Positions 17,249 through 24,684 of a stretch of DNA of 64,000 nt are shown piece by piece; the first letter of the stretch is position 1, and the number at the start of each line of letters is the position of its first letter. Position numbers and translations under genes: made by a program. This stretch comes from Victivallales bacterium (GTDB lineage Bacteria; Verrucomicrobiota; Lentisphaeria; Victivallales; GWF2-50-93): assembly GCA_049297395.1 (NCBI GenBank), contig JBAQUG010000221.1, positions 3,301 to 67,300 on the forward strand, in the 5' to 3' direction. The notes under the pieces are model-generated. The model had not been told where the DNA came from. It made no database searches and worked only from the letters and a program-made list of their open reading frames with translations.

Positions 17249-18154
17249 ATGACATCTCAGCCCATCGTGAAAATATCCGACCTTACTAAGAAATTCGGCA
17301 AAGTTGAAGCGTTGAAAAAAATAAACTTGGATATCCAGCCGGGAAGGATAATCGGACTGCTTGGAGAAAACGGAAGCGGCAAAAGTACACTCCTGCGCAA
17401 TATTGTCGGTCTTTATCTCCCCGACAGCGGCAGATGTGAGACGCTGGGGCAGTCCGCAAAGGATCTCGATGCGGAAACTCTTTCCAGGATAGGATATGTC
17501 CACCAGGACGGTGATCTCATCTCTTGGTTGAAGGTGTCAAATCTTATCGATTATGTGTCAAGCTATTACAAGAACTGGAACAAGGATCTGGTGGCTAAGT
17601 TTGTCAAGGACTTTGAAATACCCATGGACAGGAGAATCGGCGGACTGTCACCGGGGGAAAAGCAGAGGATTTCCATCCTGATTGCAATAGCATACGAGCC
17701 TGAACTCCTAATCCTCGACGAGCCTGCGGCGGCCCTTGATCCTCTTGCGAGAATGAAATTTCTTGATACCCTGATGGAATTCATACAGACCCCGAACAGG
17801 ACAATCATTATTTCCTCCCATATTCTCACTGATGTCGAGAAGATAATCGACCATGTCGTCCTGATGCACAGGGGCGGAATTATCCGCGACTGTGGGTTTG
17901 ATGAGCTCAAAGAGGAATTCATTAAACTGACATTATCTTCAACTTCACCAGAGTCTGGGCTGCCGGATGAAATTCCACTTGAAGGCGTTGTCTCATGCAA
18001 AAAGGACAAAAAACGGGCGGTTCTGACAGTAAAAAATATCGGCTCAGCCAAAATCCGCGAACTTGAGGATTCCCTGTCCTGCAAAATAGAATTGCGGCAT
18101 CTTTCCCTTGAAGAAATCTACAAGATAATAATGACTTTGGCCAAGGGGAAATGA
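17249..18154 (+). CDS. ABC transporter ATP-binding protein
   Basis: Walker A GENGSGKST, signature LSPGEKQR, Walker B LLILDEP, and an H-loop (SSHIL). Confidence 0.9.
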   Translation: MTSQPIVKISDLTKKFGKVEALKKINLDIQPGRIIGLLGENGSGKSTLLRNIVGLYLPDSGRCETLGQSAKDLDAETLSRIGYVHQDGDLISWLKVSNLIDYVSSYYKNWNKDLVAKFVKDFEIPMDRRIGGLSPGEKQRISILIAIAYEPELLILDEPAAALDPLARMKFLDTLMEFIQTPNRTIIISSHILTDVEKIIDHVVLMHRGGIIRDCGFDELKEEFIKLTLSSTSPESGLPDEIPLEGVVSCKKDKKRAVLTVKNIGSAKIRELEDSLSCKIELRHLSLEEIYKIIMTLAKGK

Positions 18155-19542
18155 CCATGAAACCGCTGATTAGAAATTTCAAACTGATTTTAAGCTCTTG
18201 GTTTGGATGGATGTATATAATTCTGTTTTTATTTGTAGCAGGATCACAATGTTCAATTTCTATTTTTCATGGTAAAACATCTGTTGGGGATTTGACATTC
18301 GCTATTTTAATAACGAATATCTGGGCAGGCATGTTCTTGTTTGTGCCCATAGTGGAATTGTTAAAGAAGCCTTTCACTTTCATGTTGCCGTCATTTATGA
18401 AGGAATCAAGGAAGTTCATTTTCACATCCGCCATAGTTTTCAACATTCTCTTTATGTTCCTAATTGTCTCCATTGTTCTAATCAGGGGAAGCATGACTGT
18501 CGGAGAACTTGCAAATGCCTGGATTCTCCTACCTACAGGGATTATGTTGCTTGTTGCCGTAGGCCACATGTTTTATAGAAGTTTTAAAATAGTAATGATC
18601 CCGTCTTTATTGTTCCTGATTTTCCCCCGCGAAGCCGCAAATATTTTAACGGTGTTTTATAATATTTCCATTGTTCGGTTTCCATTGTTGACGTTCCTGA
18701 TCGAACTTGCCTTTCTTTTTCTGCTTTGGGAAGCTTTTGATAAAAGAGATTTCCTGCGTAACGCCTATTTGTTCCTCAATAAGAAAAAGTCAGGATTTTA
18801 TAAAGAAGCCGAAAACTGTGAAGTTGAGCAATACTTTTTAAGTTGCCTCCAGAAATGTAGTATCTCTCGTATTAGAAATTCTCTTGGCGTGATATACGAA
18901 CTCCCTTTTTTCATCGGGATATCGTCAACGAAGAACATTGGAATATTTTTTGTCCTGTTGCCATTGCTGCTTTTTCCATTATTGGGATATCTCATGGAAA
19001 ATAAAAAGAATGATGACTATTTCTTTCCTATCATAATTCTTGCAGGCGTCGTATGCGGAGCTTGTACCCATCATCTGTTTAAATACAAATGTTTTTCAAC
19101 CTGTGCCAGAAAGGACAGAGCAGTATTAGTTCTTTCTGCAAGCCTTATGATAAGTGCGTTTTTATGTATTTACATTTTTGGACTTACGTATTTCATGTTT
19201 GCAATTTCCCCATATCTGCCGGAGATAAGGTATCAAGTGTATCTGTTTAGGTTTTCATGCCCGCTGAATTATACGATAGCCCTCTTTCCATTGTTCCTAT
19301 ATCCGCTTTTCGGGATATTGTCGCTGATTGCGAGAATAATCAGCCCTCAAAGTCAAATTGTTATAGAAGTGATGGCGTTATTCCTGTGTTTTATTGGTTT
19401 TTCCTTTTTTCAATTTAAATTTCCAGACGTAAAACAATTCGTCTATCTGTCTCCTGTGCTCTGGATTTTCTTCCTTATTCTACTGAATGCATATTATGCC
19501 TCTTCAGACCTTGCAGTCCAGGGCGAAGAAAAACTCCAGTAA
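18151..19542 (+). CDS. Polytopic membrane protein, possible permease partner of the ABC ATPase
   Basis: ATGA overlap with the ATPase gene. More than 10 hydrophobic helix-length segments. No recognisable family motif. Confidence 0.55.
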   Translation: MTMKPLIRNFKLILSSWFGWMYIILFLFVAGSQCSISIFHGKTSVGDLTFAILITNIWAGMFLFVPIVELLKKPFTFMLPSFMKESRKFIFTSAIVFNILFMFLIVSIVLIRGSMTVGELANAWILLPTGIMLLVAVGHMFYRSFKIVMIPSLLFLIFPREAANILTVFYNISIVRFPLLTFLIELAFLFLLWEAFDKRDFLRNAYLFLNKKKSGFYKEAENCEVEQYFLSCLQKCSISRIRNSLGVIYELPFFIGISSTKNIGIFFVLLPLLLFPLLGYLMENKKNDDYFFPIIILAGVVCGACTHHLFKYKCFSTCARKDRAVLVLSASLMISAFLCIYIFGLTYFMFAISPYLPEIRYQVYLFRFSCPLNYTIALFPLFLYPLFGILSLIARIISPQSQIVIEVMALFLCFIGFSFFQFKFPDVKQFVYLSPVLWIFFLILLNAYYASSDLAVQGEEKLQ

Positions 19543-19543
19543 A

Positions 19544-19571
19544 ATAAATTTTTCGAATACGAAAAATTTAT
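19544..19571 (+). terminator. AT-rich perfect palindrome 2 nt after the stop (terminator candidate)
   Basis: ATAAATTTTTCG-AATA-CGAAAAATTTAT, with 12-nt arms. Confidence 0.5.
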
Positions 19572-19613
19572 CATTCTTGCAATTCCATAGTTGACAATTA
19601 TATTTACTCTCCA

Positions 19614-19632
19614 TTGACAATAGGTTGACAAT
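19614..19632 (+). promoter_or_regulatory. 19-bp TTGACAAT doublet overlapping the start of the HTH-GHKL-STAS gene; sister copy at 20660-20678
   Basis: TTGACAATAGGTTGACAAT here versus TTGACGATAGATTGACAAT at the gene end (17 of 19 identical). Further copies: TTGACAAT at 19591-19598 and TTGCAAT at 19577-19583. Confidence 0.45.
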
Positions 19633-20674
19633 GGATATTAAAAGACAAATTATAAACAGGCTAAATGAGGCTGAATACCTGACAGGGCTTGAGCTTTGCA
19701 GGATTTTCAGCTTTTCAAGACAAGCATTGAACAAGCATGTCAAAGCCCTTGTTGAGGCGGGCAGTATCGTCAAGCAGGGAAGAACGAGAGGGGTCGTCTA
19801 TCAGATCAATTCCAAAGCAAAAAGAAGTTCAGCTGAAAAGCTTCAAAGGGTAATAAGTCTCCAGGGTACTCATGAAGACCAGGTGTTTGGAGAAATAAAC
19901 GCTGTCTTGAATGTCAAAAGGGCGGTCGACAAGAACATCTATGACATGCTCTATTATTCCTTCACTGAAATGCTCAACAATGCCATAGACCATTCCAACT
20001 CTGAAAAATGCCGGATATTCATATCCTTGGACAGATATAAGATAAAGTTCACCATCAGGGATTATGGAATTGGAATATTCAGTTCCATATATAAGAATCT
20101 CGGACTTCCGGATGAAAATTCGGCCATTGGAGAACTGATAAAGGGGAAGACGACGACAATGAAGGAACGTCATACTGGCGAGGGGATATTTTTTACATCG
20201 AAGCTGGGTGATATTGTTTCATTCAGATCTCATGGATTGAGTCTTGTCTTTGATAATATCAGACAGGATGTGTTCATTCAGAAAAAAAGGTTTACCGAAG
20301 GGACCGAGGTTAATTTTGAAATGAGCAGATTCACCAAGAAGAAGATTGATGAATGCTTCCGCCAATTTGCTCCTGAAGAATTTGACTACAAATTTGACAG
20401 GACTAGGATTCTGGTGAAGCTTTTCCATAAGGATTATGTATCCAGATCTGAGGCTAAAAGACTTATCTCCGGGCTTGACAAGTTCAAGGAGCTGGTTCTT
20501 GATTTCAAGGACGTAAATTCAATCGGACAGGGCTTCGCCGACGAGCTGTTCAGGGTCTTTATGACAGCCAATCCCGATATCAGGATGCACATCACGAATG
20601 CAGGAGAACCGGTCAGGATACTCCTCAGTCATGTGGTTGACAATAAGATTAACGGCAGGTTGACGATAGATTGA
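19625..20674 (+). CDS. Fusion protein: winged-HTH + GHKL (RsbW-like) ATPase + C-terminal STAS-like (DUF4325-type) domain
   Basis: HTH segment IINRLNEAEYLTGLELCRIFSFSRQALNKHVKALVEAGSIVKQGRTRGVVY. GHKL motifs: N-box FTEMLNNAIDHS, G1 RDYGIGI, G2 GEGIFF. The C-terminal LDFKDVNSIGQGFADELFRVF matches the DUF4325/STAS-like pattern as I remember it. The track start is TTG 19625; the first ATG is at 19631. Confidence 0.6.
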   Translation: MTMDIKRQIINRLNEAEYLTGLELCRIFSFSRQALNKHVKALVEAGSIVKQGRTRGVVYQINSKAKRSSAEKLQRVISLQGTHEDQVFGEINAVLNVKRAVDKNIYDMLYYSFTEMLNNAIDHSNSEKCRIFISLDRYKIKFTIRDYGIGIFSSIYKNLGLPDENSAIGELIKGKTTTMKERHTGEGIFFTSKLGDIVSFRSHGLSLVFDNIRQDVFIQKKRFTEGTEVNFEMSRFTKKKIDECFRQFAPEEFDYKFDRTRILVKLFHKDYVSRSEAKRLISGLDKFKELVLDFKDVNSIGQGFADELFRVFMTANPDIRMHITNAGEPVRILLSHVVDNKINGRLTID

Positions 20675-20678
20675 CAAT
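20660..20678 (+). promoter_or_regulatory. Second copy of the 19-bp TTGACRAT doublet, overlapping the stop codon of the same gene
   Basis: TTGACGATAGATTGACAAT. The TGA stop (20672-20674) lies inside the second TTGACAAT. Confidence 0.45.
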
Positions 20679-20703
20679 AAAAATTCCGGAACGGAATTTT
20701 TAT
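20677..20703 (+). terminator. AT-rich perfect palindrome (terminator candidate)
   Basis: ATAAAAATTCCG-GAA-CGGAATTTTTAT, with 12-nt arms. Confidence 0.5.
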
Positions 20704-20794
20704 AGAAGATGTTTTTCCGCATTTTTCAGGATTGATTCCAATGAGTGGCGGACATCATCGGGATATCCGGACGTGAAATCGGAACCTGTTTTAT

Positions 20795-21889
20795 TTACCC
20801 ATTGTCAAATTCTCTTGAAACCTTAACCGCTTTTCCTGTACGGATGGATTCCCAGCAGGCGGCGCATGTGGCAACGATCTGAGCACCGTCGCGCACACCC
20901 ACCAGAGGTTTGCGATCGTTCAGGATGCAGTCCGCAAAATGCCGTGTGAATGACAGCACTTCGCCCGCATGGTCGGCGCTATTGCCGGCCGGGAGGATTT
21001 TTTCTTCCACCGGCGGCTTTCCGGTACCGTAATAATCGTAGACAATTCTATCGTTAAAAAGCGATGCCTTTGTGCCGTACAATCCGATGCCCACGCCGTG
21101 GAATGATCCAAGCCGCCACAGGTTCGGCGCATGCACCAGGTCAAAGGCCGCCATTATCCTGGCGGTAATCCCGCTGCGGTAGCGCAACGATATGATGAAG
21201 TTGTCCGGCTTGTCTTCGGGGTAGCGCGTTTCCAGTCCGCCGTGACTTCCATAAGCAAAGACCTCGTCGACCTCGCCGAGGCACCAGCGCAACAAATCCG
21301 CCGGATGGCAGGCGCCGCCATAGATATAGTCCTGCGGCATCTGATAGCGCCACGGCGATACATCGAGCACCGGACGCATGTCGTGTACATAATATGCTTC
21401 GGCAAGCATGACGCGTCCGATTTTGCCCGATGCCACCAGGTCGTGAATGGCAACGAACATTCCGTTCCAGCGCATGCTTTGCGCCACCAGAAGCTTCAGT
21501 CCGGTCTGGTCCACCAGCCGGACGATCTCCCTCGCTTCTTCGATCGACACGACCATCGGCTTGGTGACCATGACATGTTTTCCTGCGAGCAACGCAGCCC
21601 TGATCTGTTCGAAATGGTTCGGACAGGGCGAAAATATTCCGATGCAGTCGATATCCTTTCGTGCGAGCAGCGCCGCGTAGTCGCCGGTGATATATTCCAC
21701 CTTGTATTCCGCCGCCAGTTCCTTGAGCGGTTTCCCAACGGCGTAGCGATGATGACCTCGTTGAAAATCCGTGTCATAAATACCGTTCACGCGAATGTTG
21801 GTATCCGGATCGAGATTGACCTGCATCACCAGCGATCCCATCCCCGTACCCACGAGTCCTAGCCCGATCTTTTTGTCATTCCGTTTCAT
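20795..21889 (-). CDS. Gfo/Idh/MocA-family oxidoreductase
   Basis: N-terminal Rossmann IGLGLVGTGMGS, the KHVMVTKPM segment at the EKP-motif position, and a 364-aa length. Confidence 0.85.
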   Translation of the reverse strand: MKRNDKKIGLGLVGTGMGSLVMQVNLDPDTNIRVNGIYDTDFQRGHHRYAVGKPLKELAAEYKVEYITGDYAALLARKDIDCIGIFSPCPNHFEQIRAALLAGKHVMVTKPMVVSIEEAREIVRLVDQTGLKLLVAQSMRWNGMFVAIHDLVASGKIGRVMLAEAYYVHDMRPVLDVSPWRYQMPQDYIYGGACHPADLLRWCLGEVDEVFAYGSHGGLETRYPEDKPDNFIISLRYRSGITARIMAAFDLVHAPNLWRLGSFHGVGIGLYGTKASLFNDRIVYDYYGTGKPPVEEKILPAGNSADHAGEVLSFTRHFADCILNDRKPLVGVRDGAQIVATCAACWESIRTGKAVKVSREFDNG

Positions 21890-21931
21890 TGCAAAACTCC
21901 TTTCTGTTTTATTTTGAGCGTTTATTCTCCA

Positions 21932-23140
21932 TTAATTCTGATGCGCATCTCCGAAATCTGGTACTGGCATCAGTTCTCCGCCCCGGACGGCTGACTCGTG
22001 CGCCACGAGTCCGGGGATGAGATATCTGGCGGCCTGCCAGACATTATTCGGCGGAATTGCACCGGTCACGCATGAAGAGATGAAATCATGTACCAGAAAC
22101 TGATGCGATCCGCTATGTCCGTTCCCAAGGCCGACAAATTCTTCTGGCAACAAATGGATTGGATGCACTTCGGACACCCCTTTGTGGGTGCCGTCTGAAG
22201 ATTGCACCTTCGCCATCAGTCCCTGGTCGCTACCGGCTGGAATATCTCTGCAGGAGAGCTGCTGCGAGACATCCCTGCAGGCCGCGCGATCCTTGGTCAC
22301 CCACATCTGGCCTCCTACCTGCTCTTCATAGCTCGCTTCGGTTCCATACATGCTCATGCCAACGGTTCCCGGATGTCCGATCCGGCGGAATTCGCTGATA
22401 CGCGCCATGCTGCCGTCCGACATCCGGCATAGCATGGTCTCGTTGCTGAACGGATTTTTCCAGACATTGTCCGTCCGTGCGTATAGGTTGTCAGGATGGC
22501 GGTCCACAAACCCCATGCCGGACACATGGGTGGCGTGCGCTCCCGTAACCGAGACGATCATGCTTGTCGAATGCGTCGGATAAAACATCGGCGGCATGCC
22601 GAAATACTTCTCCCAGTCTTTTCCATGCCTCCACTTCGCCACGTCATACATGCCGTGTACGTAGTCATGATAGTATTCCCCCTCGGCGTAGACAATGTGT
22701 CCAAAATCCCCCTTCCTGAACCGTTCCCGGCAGTAGATCGCACATGGATAGTAATAGCTGGTCTCAGCGATCATGTAGATCTTTCCGGTCGATTCCACTG
22801 TCTTTACCAGCGCCGTGATCTCCTCAAGCGAAATCGCCGATGGAACCGCCGAGTAGACATGCTTGCCCGCCTTGAGCGCCTGCACGGCCTGCGGTCCATG
22901 CAGGTGATGCTGGGTGATGATGGCAATCGCGTCGACATCCATTGCACAGAGCTTGTCAAGAGAGGGGCAGGTGTCGGAAATGGCGTGCTTCTTTGAATTC
23001 TCATCGAGTTTTTTCCGATCAAGATCGCACAGCACGACGTTTTCAACAAGCGGGTGCGCCTTGAAAAGAGGTATGAAACATTGTGCAAAAGCACCAACCC
23101 CCGCTATTCCAACTCGAATTTTATTGTTTTTTTTATTCAT
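21932..23140 (-). CDS. Gfo/Idh/MocA-family oxidoreductase
   Basis: Rossmann IRVGIAGVGAFAQ and the GKHVYSAVP segment. The start is placed at Met 23140 (MNKKNNKIRVG), which is preceded by AAGGAAAG. The track start at 23176 is a TTG directly after the upstream stop. Confidence 0.85.
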   Translation of the reverse strand: MNKKNNKIRVGIAGVGAFAQCFIPLFKAHPLVENVVLCDLDRKKLDENSKKHAISDTCPSLDKLCAMDVDAIAIITQHHLHGPQAVQALKAGKHVYSAVPSAISLEEITALVKTVESTGKIYMIAETSYYYPCAIYCRERFRKGDFGHIVYAEGEYYHDYVHGMYDVAKWRHGKDWEKYFGMPPMFYPTHSTSMIVSVTGAHATHVSGMGFVDRHPDNLYARTDNVWKNPFSNETMLCRMSDGSMARISEFRRIGHPGTVGMSMYGTEASYEEQVGGQMWVTKDRAACRDVSQQLSCRDIPAGSDQGLMAKVQSSDGTHKGVSEVHPIHLLPEEFVGLGNGHSGSHQFLVHDFISSCVTGAIPPNNVWQAARYLIPGLVAHESAVRGGELMPVPDFGDAHQN

Positions 23141-23176
23141 AGACTTTCCTTTCTTTGAATTGTTTACATTTCTCAA

Positions 23177-23566
23177 TCAAACCTTCAATTTATTTTTTCT
23201 GACAGCTCCAGTCCATTCACGGGAATCCGGAACCGGCAGCCACGCGCCGCCCATGGCAATGGATTCCTGGCTGATCAGCACGTGAAGATTACGTTCCAGC
23301 GCCGCTATTGCCTGCGGGACATGGAAATGCATCGGAGTTCCTATAATCACGGCGTCCAGCTCGGATTTTTCCAACATTTCTTCGTAATTGGCATACTGTT
23401 CGCGTGCGCCAAGACGTTCACGTGCGGCTGGCAGATCTTTTTCGTTTATGTCGCAAACCGCATGGATGGATACATTCTTCTTAAGCGCATCACAGGCCGA
23501 TTTGAAACTGGCGCCGCGTCCGCAGGCGCCGACGATGACAAGATTCAGTTTTGTCATTGTCTTCAT
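23177..23566 (-). pseudogene. Truncated Gfo/Idh/MocA gene (Rossmann domain only)
   Basis: 129 aa. A normal N-terminal NAD(P)-binding domain (LNLVIVGACGRGASF ... DAVIIGTPMHFHVPQAIAALERNLHVL) is followed by unrelated residues and a stop. The whole C-terminal catalytic/dimerisation domain, expected to be about 200 aa, is absent. Confidence 0.5.
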
Positions 23567-23584
23567 AAGTTTTCCTATTGGGTT

Positions 23585-24670
23585 TTATGTTCGGTCTACC
23601 GACCAGAGCTCTATATTCCTAAGCAGTTCGCGCGCCTCCGATTCGGTCCTGCACCGTGTACAGATCATCAAACCTCGTGCAGATAGAAGCTCCAATGCCA
23701 GTCTGACCTCTTCGGGCGGAATCGAGATGTGCAGGTTCTTACCGGAGGATTGCACCTTTTTAAGCACAGCCAGATAATGCAACGGGCTGGGTTTGCCGGC
23801 ACCGGGCAGAATCTGCAGCGCATGGAGCCTGGGCAGTTCACAGAGCGCATCCACATGTTTGAACGCATCGACTCCGTCCACGTGATAGATGGAATAGTCA
23901 AGAAACTCCGTCTGCTTCTTGATGGCCGGGAGAAAGAGAGACTGGAACATTTGCGGGGAAATATTGTATGAGAAATCATTGGAGACAGCGTAGGTCCTGC
24001 CGGGCGCCCACACGCCAATCCAGCACAGGGAGCCTTCTGCGGCATTGCGGATCACGGAGTAACTTTCATCATAGAAGTCACACCACATGTCCATGAGATA
24101 CATCTCCGCGTCGCGCACCGCCTCCGGGCGCTCGATGCAATCGAACAGAAGCTGCTCGGTGCCGCGCAGGGCCGCCAATGTGTCACCGCCATGGTAGAAG
24201 GCGCCGAGGGAGGGCAGTGATTTGCCGGCCGCTTCGCGAACTCCGCGCTTCAATACACTCATGTGGTACCGATAAGCCGGATGCTCCTTGTCGATGTGGA
24301 GCGCGCGGACATCAAATCCGTCGGTATAGGTCAGCATGGGGTCGTGCCATCCCGTCTCCATGTCGAGCTCGAAAGGGCAGCCGAGAATAGTTGGTATGGA
24401 GGCGATGCCGGGATGACCCGGATACCATACGGGGAGCGCTTCGCCGCCGTAGAATGTCCGGCTCATTCCATAGTCGATCCGTTTGCTGATGGCATCCAGA
24501 TCGTACCACTTTTCCTGAATGTTTGTCGCTTCGGACGGTTCCGGCCTGTCAGGTGGATTGTCCAGCGGTGCGTACACGTGAATTGCGCAGCGCCCGAAAT
24601 ATTCATGCGCCCACCAGACGCGGTAGCGTTGTTTTGTCTCTTCCCAGTCCGGTTTGTATTGCAGTTGCAT
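23585..24670 (-). CDS. Hypothetical protein, possibly a distant URO-D-like TIM barrel
   Basis: The start is set at Met 24670 (MQLQYKPDWEE) with AAGGAT upstream, 15 nt after the upstream stop; the longer track ORF would overlap the preceding gene by 94 nt. The C-terminal HVDGVDAFKHVDALCELPRLHALQILPGAGKPS...GKNLHISIP loosely recalls URO-D-family barrels. Confidence 0.4.
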   Translation of the reverse strand: MQLQYKPDWEETKQRYRVWWAHEYFGRCAIHVYAPLDNPPDRPEPSEATNIQEKWYDLDAISKRIDYGMSRTFYGGEALPVWYPGHPGIASIPTILGCPFELDMETGWHDPMLTYTDGFDVRALHIDKEHPAYRYHMSVLKRGVREAAGKSLPSLGAFYHGGDTLAALRGTEQLLFDCIERPEAVRDAEMYLMDMWCDFYDESYSVIRNAAEGSLCWIGVWAPGRTYAVSNDFSYNISPQMFQSLFLPAIKKQTEFLDYSIYHVDGVDAFKHVDALCELPRLHALQILPGAGKPSPLHYLAVLKKVQSSGKNLHISIPPEEVRLALELLSARGLMICTRCRTESEARELLRNIELWSVDRT

Positions 24671-24684
24671 GATGTCGTATCCTT

